From Azolla caroliniana (Eukaryota; Plantae; Polypodiophyta), in contig JBHGNT010000015.1 in NCBI GenBank assembly GCA_043228905.1, forward strand, positions 12,462,001 through 12,526,000: a stretch of 64,000 bases of DNA. The letters run 5' to 3'. The translations under genes were made by a program, and so were the position numbers. Under the pieces are notes generated by a model. That model searched no databases. It saw only the letters and a program-made list of their open reading frames with translations, and was not told the origin of the DNA. Within the stretch, counting starts at the first letter, position 1; each line of letters starts with the position of its first letter. Shown one piece after another: positions 11,265 to 25,045 of the stretch.

Positions 11265-13932
11265 ATGGCTTCTACATCCGAGCCGGGAGTAGAAATTCGA
11301 AAGTTCGACGACAAGAACTTTGCCCTATGGAAGGAGATGATGCAGGATATATTGATCATCTGACATCAAATCGAGGAAATACGACACAATAATAAGCAAG
11401 CCTCGATGGCAGCAAACGAATGGCGCTCACTAGAAGAAATAGCCAAGTCGACCATTCGAATGCATCTAGCCGAGAATGTCTACTTCAGCATGGCCAAAGA
11501 CACAACAACATTTACCTTGTGGGAGAAGCTTCAGGCCGTTTGCGAAAATCAGTCCTCATCAAAGCTCATATTGATCCGACATTTGTTCAATATGAAGATG
11601 AGAGAGACAGATACGAAAACCTCCCACATCAACACTTTCAACTAAGTGTTATCCGAACTCTCCTCCCAAGGGATTAACTTCGAAGAAGAAGTGAAAGTCT
11701 TGCCCTACTTTCGAGCTTGCGGGCAAGTTGGGAGGTATTCTGCACGACATTCGCCAACAACTGCCCGAAATGAAACTTAGACGAAACTATTGGCCAAGTC
11801 CTCGTAGAGGACATTCGGCGAAAATCAATGGGACTCACCATCAACGACTCGGCAGGAGCTCACTACTCGACCGAGCCAGCCGGGAGAACCCTAAACCCTA
11901 CTCCCATGCAAAACGGCGTGGCGGAATGGATCAACCGGACGATCCAAGAGAGGGTGACGGCAATGCTCCAACACTCTAGGTTGAAGCATGAATTCTGGGC
12001 TAAGGCACTATAGACGGCCATTTATTTGATAAATCTATCACCGTCAAGGGCAATGTGGCTTGAAGTGCCATAAGCACTATGGTCAGGATAAACGCGGACC
12101 TACGACAAGCTTCGAAATTTCGGATGCGAAGCTTATATGCCTTCATTCTGAGGAACAAATGGACCAAGTTGGCACCCCATGCAACAAAGTGCATATTTCT
12201 CAGTTATGGAACCAATGGGGATTTTGGCTATTGGCTATGGAACCGGAAATTGATCCGGAATAGTGACGTAGTCTTCAATGAAGACTCGATTATCTCTGAA
12301 CGGAACCAATCGAAAATGGTTGGCAGAAAGGTTTCTTTTGAAATCTCCAGAGATGCCATAGAAGGACCGACCCACTGGGCTGAATCGGAGATTCGATCAA
12401 GCGAGCGACACCCTTGTCGAATCCGAATCGACTAGAGGTCCACTGGTCAAAATTGATTCAACTACGAGATTGACAGGAGGTGAAAACAACAGAGTCGACA
12501 TGACCAACTCGCCCAAACAAGCTAAGGTGACAAAAGGCTGATCCAAATCAGTCAAGGCACAAATCCCTTTGTCAATCAATCCTGAAGAAGGGGAGGATGA
12601 CCAAACATCACCGAAATCCTATTCAAGGGCAAGTCATCCCACAGGACTCCTGAATATGGTTCAAGAAATACCGATCAACCAGCAGAGATGATCGAAGCAT
12701 TCGAACCAAAGATCTCGGCATCCAGGAGATCAAGATGAGCTTGACGGCCGATAGAGTTTTATCAACCGGGCCTCGACTATGTCAATTACACAGACGCAGG
12801 CGAACCAAGCTCTTACAAGGAAGCTATAACCGCTTGGCTCATCACCAAAGGATTCAAACAAGAACATGGGTTGACTACGACGAGATATTCTCACCAATAG
12901 TAAAGATGACCACCCTCAGACTTCTACTTGGGGTCGTGGCGACTGAAGACCTAGAGCTCAAGTAGCTAGAGGTCAAGATGACACTCTTACACGGAGACTT
13001 CAAGGAAGACATCTATATGTCTCAACCAGCAGGCTTCACGACGATGGGGGAGGAAGGTCATCTCGTATGTTGACTGAAGAAAAGCCTTTATGGCTTAAAA
13101 CAAGCGTCGAGGATGTGATATCAGAAATTTGACACCTACATTAGGTAACTTGGCTACTGTCGGTCCGACTCCGACCCATGTATGTATATTCGGCAATTGG
13201 TCAATGCGTCCCGGATCCATCTAATCCTATACGCCAAAGTGGGGCCTTCACGACAAATTTGTGATGAGGGAACTCAAACAAGCCTTACACATAATAGGCA
13301 TGAGGATCAAGCGAAATCAGACGACAATGACTCTTAGACTCTCTTAGTCCGATTACATTTGTTAAGGTGCTAAAGCACTTCAACATGGAGAACGCAAAGC
13401 CTACATTGACTCTACTACCAACGTCGATCAGACTATCGGATAGAGACTCTCCTTCGACAGACGGGGAAGGAAAGCTCACGAGCGAAATACCCTACGCATC
13501 GGCCGTAGGAAGCCTCATGTACGCAATGGTGGCAACCTGACCAGACCTTGCATATGCCGTAGGGGTTGTTGGTGTCAAAACCCAGACGGAAACATTGGGA
13601 GGCCGTAAAGAACATATTCCGGTATCTACAAGGCACCGAAGATCTGCAAGTGACATTCGGATCAAACAATTCTACAAAAGTCGAAGGTTTCACTGACGTC
13701 GACTATGCCGATAATTTGGACAATCGGAAGTCAACATCAGGTTATATTTTCATCTATGGCGATGGCACCATATCGTGGAGGTCGAAGTTACAAGATTACA
13801 TGAAACTCTCGACAACAGAGACTGAGTACATAGCTGCATTAGAAGCAGCCAAGGAAGCCATTTGGTTGCATCGACTATCGGCTGATTTTTCGGCTAAAGG
13901 CCGAATTGACCATCCATTGCCAACCCTCTTTT
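11265..13932 (+). mobile_element. Degenerate, internally deleted Ty1/Copia (family A, copy 1)
   Basis: Gag MASTSEPGVEIRKFDDKNFALWKE. Jumps from gag to integrase (TPMQNGVAE) near 11890. RT DYDEIFSPIVKMTT; RNase H LSTTETEY. Many stops. Confidence 0.88.
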
Positions 13933-14186
13933 AGGAATTTGTTGAGCGAGCAAGCTCAACTTGGGCAGAATCAACTGAAGAAGCCGAGAACCGGATCATA
14001 TCAAATCGATCGGTTAGGCTTGGATCAATTGAAGAAGCTGGGAGCCGGAAGGCCGTTAGAAAGATATTCCGTGAAGCAATATATTTGGGAGTTAGTGTAG
14101 GAGCTCCTTTATGAGCATTGAAGTACTGATGGTACTTGTGTCAATCCTTTTAAGGACTTGTATAAAAGTTCTCTTTGAGCACATTC

Positions 14187-14340
14187 TGTTGGCATAAAAG
14201 CCCGGGTCCTTCCAATTTGTATCTATCCTAGTGTGAACTCGTCCACATAGTTAGGGCTTAATATATAAGCAATAACCTAACGTTGTAAAGATATAAAAGA
14301 TACACATTGTATCAAGACTTTGTGTGAGAGAGATCGAAAG
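14187..14340 (+). mobile_element. Partial family A Copia LTR
   Basis: TGTTGGCATAAAAG...gtgaactcgtccacatag matches LTR sequence at ~33158 and 35610. Confidence 0.75.
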
Positions 14341-14589
14341 AAAGAAAGAAAGAAAGAAATATTAACGTCTTCTAAGGACAAATGGTTTACAAAAAAATGG
14401 GATATTTACCCATTCATCGAAAGTAAAAATAAAAATAAGATAAAAATAGAGTTTAAGCTAGTTCTAAGAAAATAACAAAACTGTTCTATATAAAAAACAT
14501 GTTCTACAATGAAAATGATGTTAAACTAGGCCTAATTTCATTTCCATCCAAGTCTCTCGAAGAGAAACGGGAGGTCAAAGGGTTGTGAT

Positions 14590-14767
14590 GTGGATGTGGC
14601 CTGTGGTCCCAATGTAAAAGATACCCCAACCATAGCTTCTAGTCGACGTAGCTCACGTTCCCTTATCTTCTTAATCTTTTCTACTCCACGTCAACTTGTT
14701 TTGAAGCCCAACATCCGAGGGCGTTTGGTTGTTCTTTGCATTTCTGCTTCCTCAAGGGAGAGGCCGA
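14590..14767 (-). mobile_element. LINE ORF2 3'-end fragment
   Basis: 14711-14765 is near-identical to the LINE ORF2 end at 15499-15553; left boundary uncertain. Confidence 0.55.
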
Positions 14768-14768
14768 T

Positions 14769-15329
14769 TGAGAAATCGATGCGGAATAGATCACAATAAA
14801 CGAACTACGCGTTAAAATACGAATTACAGAAAATATAGAAGAAAGACAAGATAAACAGATGTACATAGAGATTTACGTGGAAACCCTAAAACGAGGAAAA
14901 CCACGGGAACAGATTCTTCACTATACAAATAGTGGATATACAATAGCGAGAAGATTACAACACTCTCTCACGAGTGCATCAGCCGCACAGGGCTCTTCGC
15001 GTTTGCTGTTACACACACAACTATGGTGCGGCTCTTCCTTCTCTCACGTTCTATATCTCTCTCTCTCTCATGTTCTACAACTTATGTTTTTACACTCTGT
15101 TCGTCACATACATAAAGTTTGCCCTAGTTGCATATATTCTTACGCAACTTTCTGGTTATTTACATACGTAGCCCTCATGGGGCGCACACTTAGACTATTT
15201 ACAATTATAGTCTCCCGAGTTGGATATATACACGTTTCTAGTTTCGGCCTCGGCCTATCGGCCTCAGCCGAGTCACTCATCAACTCGGCTCCTCTCTCTT
15301 TCCCATTTGGAGGGACTTGTTTCCACACA
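14769..15329 (-). mobile_element. Isolated Copia LTR, related to the solo LTR at 34250 and to family B LTRs
   Basis: TG..CA ends; shares aggccgaggccgaaa, gtaaatagtctaa and tagggcaaa blocks with 34250-34839; no TSD found. Confidence 0.7.
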
Positions 15330-15360
15330 TCATCATTATTATTATTACTATAATAATAAT

Positions 15361-15499
15361 AGTTGAATCTTCAAACAGTCGACTCACTGTTTTCGACTCT
15401 TTCTGTCGGCTTTCCGAACAGTCAGATCTTCCTTGTCATCGACTGTCGGCTTTCTGATTAGTCGGTTCTTCCTCCCACTGGAGGGACATATTCCCAACA
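15361..15499 (-). mobile_element. Truncated Copia LTR 5' fragment abutting the LINE ORF2 end
   Basis: Minus strand begins TGTTGGGAATATGTCCCTCC, compare TGTTGGGAAATAGGTCCCTCC at 34250. Confidence 0.6.
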
Positions 15500-16914
15500 C
15501 ATTCGAGGGCGTTTGGTTGTTCTTTGCATTTTTGCTTCCTCAAGGGAGAGGCCAAGCGATGTAAGTGTATCCACATTCAATGTCTCCCCTTGTTCCTGAA
15601 AAATTACACTAGCTACATGTTGATGAATAGTAAAAGAGTTATGGTTAACACTTTGTAATTTATTCTCCCTATGTTGATTTAGCTCTAAGATATACCTACC
15701 TAGTCTCTTTACACTCGGGGTATCTAATAGTTTGGAGATGGTGGGAGAGGGTCCTAATATGTCTTGGTATTCCGCCCGTATCTCGGCATAAGTTGGGCAC
15801 TTGCATGTGAAGTGATACTCATCCTCTATCTCTATATGGCATAACCTACATAGACTTTCCTCTCTAGGGACTCTATTAGCTTGACCATTCTCAATCTCAA
15901 GTTGGTGAGATGATATGCTAAGTTTTCCAATGGCCACCCTTAGTGCATTTGATAAGAATGTATCTAGATATCTTGATCGTGTAATAAAACCTAACTTAGA
16001 GAAGTGCAAGACGTATTTCTTATAGTACAACATTTTCGATGGGAGTGACTCTCGTGGGGTGATCCATTTATATCGAGTGTAAATTTGCCATATTTCTTGG
16101 CGTATCACTTTATTACGGTCTTCATGAGAGATTAGAGTTTGACCAGTCCCATGGTTGTACTTAAGGGGAGGTAGGTTATTAATGTCTATGCCGTTTGCAA
16201 GTAACCAACTCACCACAATGCTATACCAAGAGCTAGTGTCTCCAGACGCATGTAGGGATCGGGATGCCTCAAAGGCTCGATGGGATATCCTATCTTGTGG
16301 TTGATTATGCATCCGATGAATAAAAACTACCACTTGAAAGAGTGCTTCTACTAACATCGGGGGTAGACTGAACTCTGCTCTAATAATGTCATGTGGTACT
16401 GTGGATTTGCTTCGGAGTTGACGTGATAACATCGTCACCAAAGGTCTCTCTAGTCGCGTCCACATGAAAGATGGTAGACTTGGAGCCCATACTACTGATG
16501 CATACATGAGGGAAGGGGTCACTAATGAGTCAAAGAGCCATCCCTTAGTCCGTGGCTCTTTAAAGTATGCCTGGTGGCATTGTCTCTCTAAGAGTGAGAG
16601 GGATGCATACCCTCTCGTTAGCCTATCTTTGGCTGCCTGGGTCATTGAGAATTTACTTGAGCGAGCACTAAAAGTGACTCCCAAGTATACATATTATCCC
16701 ACGACCTCAACTAGTTTATGAGAGAGGATTAGGTGACATTTACTCCTAACTCGGGACGATGTATGAAAGATAAGGACTTTAGTTTTCACTAGATTCACCA
16801 CGAGTCCTCGTTGCGTACAAAAGTCATCTAGGGCATTAAGATGCTTTTGTAGGTCGTGTTTTGACTCCAAGAGCAAAACAATGTCGTCTACGTAGAGTAA
16901 GAGACTAACTTGCG

Positions 16915-19900
16915 TGACAGGGACTACACGCTCCCAATGAACAATGCTTGGCCACAACCAAGCTTAGAATCAAACATAGAAAAACGGGAATGAAGGCTCG
17001 ACACAATGGAGAGAAGAGTACACAGGAAAGAAAAAGAGAATACAGGATGTTAACGTGGAAAACCCAAACTAGGGAAAAACCACGGCAGCCCACAGACTGC
17101 AAACAATCACTATATCACAATGATTACAACAGTGAGCTCACGGAGGCAACGACCTCGTGCTCACGATCTTCACCACAGGCGGCGGTTACAACAGAGGCAA
17201 TGACCTCTTCGTTTCTTTCTTGACTGTCGCAATAGAGCCGATATTCATCTTGCTGGATACCGAGCTCTCCGATGAAGTCCTTCATCCATAATATTTCCTT
17301 GCTGGCTTCCACAGCCGCCATGTACTCCACCTCCATGGTTGACAACGCAACCGTCTTCTGCAGCCTCGACTGCCACGAAACAGCTCCCCCTGCATATGTC
17401 ATTACATACTCGGATGTAGACCGGCTGGTATCCACATCAGCCGACATGTCCGAATCGATAAAACCGTCAAGTTGAGGTTTTCCGGAGCCGAATCGGAGAC
17501 ACATATTTGAAGTGCCCTTCAAGTACCGGAGTATCCATTTGACCGCGTTCCAGTGCTCCTTGTCGGGATTGCTCATAAACTGGCTCACCACTCCGACTGC
17601 GTATCCTATATCCGGTCGGGTACACACCATTGCGTACATCAAGCTCCCGACGGCAGAGGCATATGGAACCTTCATCATATCAGCCTTCTCTGCTTTCGTC
17701 TTCGGGCTTTGCTTACCGGATAACCTGCAGTTTGCCGGAAGTGTCGATCCGACCGGTTTTGCATCTGACATGTTGAACCGCTGAAGCACCTTTGTCACAT
17801 ATTTCTCCTGTGACAGTCACAGTTGCTTCGTTGGCCGATTCCGGATGATATGCATCCCCAACATCTGTCTTGCCGGACCCGAGTCTTTCATTGAGAAGGT
17901 CCGGTTGAGAGCCTTCTTTAGCATCCGTATTTTGGCTTGGTCCCGTCCGACGATCAACATGTCGTCCACGTACAAAAGGAGTATCAGGAAGTCGCCTCCT
18001 TCAAACTTCTTCACAAACACGCAGTGATCGGCCTGTGTCTTGTGGTACCCTTGATCGGTCATGAAGGAGTCGAACTTCCGGTACCATTGCTGGGGAGCCT
18101 GCTTCAGTCCGTACAGGCTCTTCTTCAACCGGCATACCAGGTGCTCCTTCCCTTTCTCCATGAATCCTTCCGGTTGCTGCATGTAGATCTCCTCTTCGAG
18201 GTCGCAATGAAGGAATGCTGTCTTCACGTCCAGCTGCTCTACCTCAAGGTCCATGCTTGCCGCTATACTCAGCACCGTCCGGATGGAGGTCATCTTTACT
18301 ACCGGGGCAAATATTTCATCGAAGTCCACGCCCTTCTTCTGCTAGAACCCCTTCACCACGATCCTGGCTTTGTATCTCGGGGGGTTGCCGGCATCTCCCG
18401 GTTTCAACTTGTACACCCACTTGTTTCGGAGTGCCTGCTTTCCTTTCGGCATCTCCACCAATTTGTACGTATGGTTCTCATGCAAGGAATCCATCTCATC
18501 CTGCATGGCACTTAACCATTTGCGGCTGTGGGTGTCATCGTTCGCTTCTTCAAAGCTTTCTGGCTCCCCCTCATCGGTTAGCAGCACATGCTATGCATCC
18601 GGAAATCTCCGGGGGGCCCTTCTCTCTCTGAGAGGATATCTCCGTCTCTGGGCTTCGGTAACCGGCTCCTCCATTTGCTCTTCATCCGAATCCGATTCGG
18701 GGTCTTGGCCGGTTCCGGTTTCAGCTTCCTCTACTTCTTCTTCTGCCGGTTCGGTATCCTCACCGTAACCGACTAGTTCCTTGAGTGCTAACCGGTCTCT
18801 TGCCGGTTGGGTCTGCTCATCGTAGAATCGATCCTTACCGGTCGACTCGGAGTTCATTATCTTCTTCTCCGACTCTCAGTCGGCGAGCGTCTTGTCCTCC
18901 ATGAAGATAATATCTCGACTCCGGAATACCTTCTTGTCGACCAGGTCCCACACTCGGTAGCCGAACTCATCGTCGCCGTAACCGAGGAATATGCATGGCC
19001 GGGTCTTTGGATCTAACTTTCCTCTCTGGTCCTTAGCTACATGCACGTACGTGAGACACCCGAATACCTTCAGATGCCGGTAGGACACTTCCTTACCGGT
19101 CCAGACTCTCTGTGGCGTGTCTCCGTCCAAGGGCACTAAGGGTGATCTGTTTATCACATATGTCGCCGTCGACAGTGCCTCAGCCCAAAACGTCTTGGGT
19201 AGTTTTGCATGCACCAGCATACTCCGAACCCTGTCCATTATGGTCCAGTTCATCCTCTCGGCCAGCCCGTTTAGTTTCGGCGTCTTCGACACGGTAAATT
19301 CGGGCCGGATTCCCTTCGAGCGACAATACTCTTCAAATTGCCCCCGGTATTCACCTCCGTTATCTGCTCGAACCGCCTTCAGCTTCCGACCGGTTTCTCT
19401 TTCCACTCTCGCGTGGAGCTCTTTGAAGACGGATAGGACCCGATCCTTCGTCTTCAACGGTGTGGCCCACAACTTCCAGCTGTGGTCATCTATGAACGTC
19501 ATTAAGTACTGCGATCCTGCATGTGACTTCGTGTCCACTTGACACACATTAGTATGCACCAACTCCAGTGGTGCATTACGTCTCATCGGTGGCCTTGGTC
19601 GGAAGGAGGTCCGGTTTTGCTTACCGGCCAGACAATCAGTGCACTTCTCCAAGTGCACGTTCTTCACTAGAATTAGGTTGTCGTCTGCAAGCCTCTTCAT
19701 CCCCTCCTCGCTCATGTGACACAACCTTTTGTGCCACAGCTCACCGGCAGTGTCGGATGCCGCATTCACTTCCTCCGGACATAACCGAGCATTCATCAGG
19801 TACAACGTGTTGACCTTCCGGGCCCGAGCCACAATCAGGCTCCCCTTGCTGAACTTCATAACACCGTTCCGGATGCTATCTGTGTAGCCTTCATCATCTA

Positions 19901-21622
19901 GCCGACCGGCTGATATCAGGTTCAGACGAACCTCCGGAACGTGTCGGATATCCTTCAGCAGTAGCTTGCATCCAGTTGGTGTTGTCAACCACACGTCTCC
20001 TATGCCGAAAATTTGGCACGTACCTTCATTCCCCATCCGAACATAGCCGTGATCACCAACTGCGTAGGATGAGAAGCATTTCCGGTCCGGGGTAAGGTGG
20101 AACAACGCTCCGGAGTCGACCACCCAGGTCATCTCGTTGCCGGCAAGGTTTATCTCACTCTCCTTGGTGATGAGCATCAACTCTTCTTCACTTGTTGTGA
20201 TTGCCGTCGTTCCCTTCCGGTCCGTTCCCCTCCGGTCTTTACCATTCCGGTCCGGTGTCCGCTTTGAATCGGTACCGTCGGTTTCCTTGTCTTTCCGGAA
20301 ATGCCGACAGTTCTTCTAGAAGTGTTCCGGCTTGCCGCAATAGAAGCAAGTAGGCCTCCCCCTTGACTTTGACCGTGTCCTTGAATTTTCCCGGCTCTGG
20401 GGACTAAAGTTTCTTTGTCTTCCGCGTTCCGATTCGGTAATGAGCGCTTTGGAGTCGGAGCTTGTATCCTTATCTTTCCGACGCGCCTCCTCATCTAGCA
20501 AGCTCGACTTCACTCTTGCTAGGGATAACCGTTTCCCTTCCGGCCCGGCGTTGCCCAAAGTGACAACCAACGTCTCCCAGCTATCCGGGAGGGAACCGAG
20601 CAGGAGTAGCACAGGTACTTCCAATGATGTTGCCTGGTGTATCAGCCCTTGGAAGGCATTCATGTGCTCCGCCATGTTGGAGCCATCTTGGTACCGGAGT
20701 CTTACTAGCTTCCGGAATACCAAAACCTGGTTAACAACATTTTTGTTCTGAAACATAATGCCGATCTTCTCCCAGAGCTCATGAGCCTTGCTCTCTTCAT
20801 TGAAGTTGTTGTATAGGCTCATGTCGATGAAGCACCGTATGTACGCCGTTGTCTTCATGTGCATCACCTCCCATATCGTGGCGTCGATTTTGTCCGGTCT
20901 GTTGTCCCCGAACTGAACCGGCAACCAAAGATCTTTAACCACGAGCATGTCCCTCATCTTCGACTTCCACACTGAGTAGTTGGAGCCGGTGAGCTTGAAC
21001 ATGCCTCCCAACGAATCGTCCATATTTCTGTGTGGTTTCGCTCTGATACCACTTGACATGGACTACACGTTCCCAATGAACAACGCTTGGCCACAACCAA
21101 GCTTAGAATCAAACACAAAAAAACGGGAATGAAGGCTCGACACAATGGAGAGAAGAGTACACAAGAAAGAAAAAGAGAATACAGGATGTTAATGTGGAAA
21201 ACCCAAACTAGGGAAAAACCACAGCAGCCCACAGACTGCAAACAATCACTATATCACAATGATTACAACAGTGAGCTCACAGAGGCAATGACCTCGTGCT
21301 CACGATCTTCGCCACAGGCGGCGGTTACAATAGAGGCAACGACCTCTTCGTTTCTTTCTTTCTCTCTCTCTCTCTCTGTACACTGTTGCGCTCTAATCTT
21401 GCGTCAACAAGGATGACAACATCTGCATACAAAGTTTGCCCTAAGTCATATTTATACTAATATGACTTTTCGGCTATTTACAAATATAGCCCCGATGAAC
21501 TCTTAGAAGACATATTTACGAATATGTCCCTTCATCCGGTGAGCGCTCCTCACCGGGCCTGCATCATCCGGATCTTGCCGGGCACACCACATCCGGTTCT
21601 CACCGGGACCTGTTTCCTAACA
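16915..21622 (-). mobile_element. Ty1/Copia (family B, Tnt1/Tork-like), degenerate, with partly deleted 3' LTR
   Basis: TSD TTGCG (16910-16914 / 21623-21627). 5' LTR 21054-21622; Met-i PBS 21040-21051; gag-PR-IN-RT-RH order. 3' LTR remnant 16915-17220 is fused to RNase H at LYCDSQ, so the PPT and U3 are lost. About 13 mismatches in ~306 bp between the LTRs. Confidence 0.95.
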
Positions 21623-23805
21623 TTGCGTATCCCCAATAGCTACTCCCTTGCCTCCCTTACGAGCAATAAAATCAGTGATCTCATCAATGTAGATCCCAAA
21701 AAGAGTCGGTGATAGGGGGCAACACAATTTTACACCAATGGTGCTAGTGAAACAATCGGATAGGCCACCTCGGCATCTTATGCACCTAGAGACTTGCTCA
21801 TATAGGGCATAAATGGCCATATCATGTCACTTGGTATCTCCAAGCTCTTAAGTCTATCAAACAACCTCTCCCTAGGAACTGTGTGAAAGGCTTTACGAAA
21901 GTCCACAAAGCAACAATATAGTTTCTTCTTACGAGCCTTCATTTGGTCAATTAAGCACCTAAGTGTGAAGATATGGTCAATAGTGGAGAAGGCTCGTCTA
22001 AAGCTAGCCTGCTCAAGTGCTCGAAGGCTTAATGTTTCCATATAATCATTGAGCTCCACTTCCAATACTGCACCATAAAGTTTAGTGAGCGTATGACCTA
22101 TCATAATGGTCCTATATGTATTTGGGTCCATTGGGTCCCCTCCTTTATGTATAGGTGCCACTGTGTTCATGGCCCATTGTGGTGGAAAACCCTTGGCGAG
22201 GGCGCGGTTGAAGATTAGAGTGAGAAGGGGTGGGGGCTAGGCACTCTTGAGCATATATGATGTGCTCAACGCGCAATCTTGTGTGGTCCATGGATTTCCT
22301 ATGTTGTAATTTTTTTTATGACCTTCGTGACCCTAGAGGTCGTGAAAAGTGTCGCCATGGTAGGTCAAGGTGTGGAAGGCATTGGAATGGGTGGTTGGTC
22401 TGGGACATGGTAGAGTCTCTCGATATATGTGTGCCAAATATTGGGATCCTCGATGGGTGTTTGTGGTCTCGGTTCCCGTAGTCTCTTCCATGCAAGGGCG
22501 CAGTCCCTACTCATGAGTATATGGTAGAGTTCCCAACATTGGGATGCTTCCCAAGCTCGTCTTTTACGACGTGTCATCTTGCACATCTCTTTGCGAGCCT
22601 GTAGTGAGGAAATAGTGCCACTAAGTCGCGACACTTTAAGTTGTCTATACAACTCTCTACAATCCTCATCATACCACTTGTTCTGTGGCATAGACCATAT
22701 TCTACTATGGCCAGAGTCTTTCGTGTATGGGAAACTTCTAATTGTTGCTGAGTGAAGGATGTGTGTGAGTTCTATAGTAAGGTTCTCTAAAGGAAAGAAA
22801 GAATCAAAAGAGGAGAGATGGGCTAGAACGTGTTGAGAGTAGATGTCAGCAAGCTCATGCGTGAAGTGTATTATGGTGTGATGGTTTGGTTGACTAGAGT
22901 TGGTGGCGTGGGAATTGTCACATTTTAGCTCAAAGTATAGGAAACTATGGTTTGCACCAATGGGCCATGGGGCCACCTAGAAGGAGTTAACCATGTGGGT
23001 AGCTTCAAGGTGTCCTATTAGGTAATCAACTGTGCTTTCCCCTCCTCCATGTGGGAAACATGTGACCTCTTCTGAGCCCGGCCACTTGTCTAAGCCATTA
23101 TATATGATCATATGGTGTCGGCTTCCAAGTTCAAGCAGATGATGGCTAAAGCTTGTGGCGTCCGCACCTTGATCCTTTGATGTACATGTTATGCCTAAGG
23201 CTAACAGGTTGACATTCACCATTTCTAGGTTTCTATCCATCTGAAATATTGTGCATTGTTGGGATTGGGTTCTTGCATTGAAATCTCCTACAAGGAAGAG
23301 TTCCACTTGAGAGGAATATCGGATTATGTCATCCGATAAAGGTTCGTATGGAGAAGGCCCATGTGGCATTCCTTCATCAACTATACTCGCCTCTCCAGCC
23401 ATATTATATCGGGATCCTTTCGGGGGGGGGGGGGGGGGGGGAGTAACAAATGGCGATAAATATAACCTGATCCTTACTAATGAGGACTTTCACCCACATA
23501 AAATAGGATTCTAGGTCTGTCTTTAATATTTCTATCATATTATGTATCTCTCTCTGAAATAATATTGCAACCCCTCTAGACCCTCTAGTAGCGTGTCCAT
23601 GTGAGGTTTGTCAAAAGACAGATTCCCAACGAAAACCGACAACTCGTGGCAGACCTCGATTTGGACTCTGATGTGTTTCTACTAAAAAAAGTATATCAGA
23701 TACCTTCAAAATCTCCTCTAGAAGGCCAGGGTGTGTCCAAAGTGCACCGTTATAGTTCCATAAAGTCATCCTAAGTTTATTATCTATCACATGGGCCACA
23801 CGCCG

Positions 23806-24573
23806 TCAATTGGCGGCGCGATCATTTATTATCACGCGTCCGTCTCGGTAGAAAGCACGATGCCCCTCTTTACGAGCTTGTATGACTCGTGGCATACAAG
23901 TTTTACGATGCTCAATTTGCATCTTGGTCAGGTCTTCATCGAGGTAGATAGGGTCCCCGCCCAATCCTCAAAGAATTGGTCTCTTTTTAAAAAAGGCGAT
24001 TCTAGATTCTGAGTCCTAAAACTGAAGGACAAAAGCTCTTTTCCTAGTGGTGTCATGTCCTACCCTCCAAGTTTTAGTGATTGGTAGGGCTTCATACCCC
24101 AACATTTTCCCTAATGTTATTACATTTGCGTCGGGAGATGCCCCTTCCTTGAGCCCAGTAACTTGTACATTTAGGCGTCGAGCTTGACGCATTTTTTCCT
24201 CCTCAAGGGTAGTGTTTACAATGTTTTCATCCTTTAGTTCCTTTTTAATATTGCATTTTACTACATCAACCCACCCAGTTTTTGCTAATTCCATATCGCT
24301 TTTAACCTCTTCCTTAACCTTTTTGATCTCGTCCTTAATATCTTCCCTAGATGTCTCAAGGTCCTTAATTTGTTTTTGAAGGTTCACGTTGGCTACTTTA
24401 AGTTTCGCTACTTCAACAACAAGCAGTTCTCTTTCTTCCTTATCTTTTTGTTTTTCGGCTTCAATCTCTTTCGCCCATTTTTCTATTTTAACTAATCAAT
24501 TAAGGACATCTAAAAATTCCACCTTACTTATAATTTCGTCGTATGTTTCCTTATGGTTTCGTCTAGAAGTCAT
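23806..24573 (-). pseudogene. LINE ORF1 (coiled coil plus RRM/CTD-like), disrupted
   Basis: Heptad-rich N-half, then RRLNVQVTGLKE, WRVG..RAFVLQF, IYLDEDLT and AFYRDGRVIIN; internal stops. Confidence 0.75.
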
Positions 24574-24729
24574 GTTGTAATTCAAAAGATAGAACAAAAA
24601 AAAGACAAAAAGGACAGAAAAACTTAGCCGAGCATCGATGCCTTGCACGCTAGGTACGAGTGTAGAAGCACATGTGTGCTCTCTCGTTTACTCAACTGAT
24701 GATGTCGTTAGAAGCGTAGGTGATAGCGG

Positions 24730-25045
24730 TGACCGACAACGACGACAATGGCAACAACTACACACGACATCAATGGCAACGGTGACGACGACGACCAAGA
24801 ACCAACAACGGTAGACGAAGACTACGATGACGGCGGCGACAGTCGTCAGATGGCGACGACGACGGCGGTGACAACAACATCGACAACGGCAACAGACGAG
24901 GGCGACAATAGGCGACGACGGCAACAGACAGTGGCTGCAGATGAAGGCGACGGCAATGGCAACGCACAGAGAGCCGTTACACGCAACGACAATGACAACA
25001 AAGAGAGAGAGAGTGTGTGAGGAGAGTTAGAGAGAGAGAGAGAGA
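24730..25045. repeat. Degenerate (GAC/GGC/AAC)n trinucleotide low-complexity tract followed by GA repeat
   Basis: Seen directly; produces spurious ORFs in several frames. Confidence 0.85.

Larger units (their letters stand above)
15500..24690 (-). mobile_element. Near full-length degenerate APE-type LINE (RTE-X/CR1-like architecture), interrupted by a Copia at 16915-21622
   Basis: ORF1 ~24573-23806. ORF2 endonuclease motifs LWNYNG, DILFLVETH, LVGDFNART, STVDYLI; RT motifs FVDFRKAF, CPLSPTLF, LLYVDD; C-terminal CRLC..EDEYHFTCKC. Removing the Copia restores GDTQVSLLLYVDD. Confidence 0.9.
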
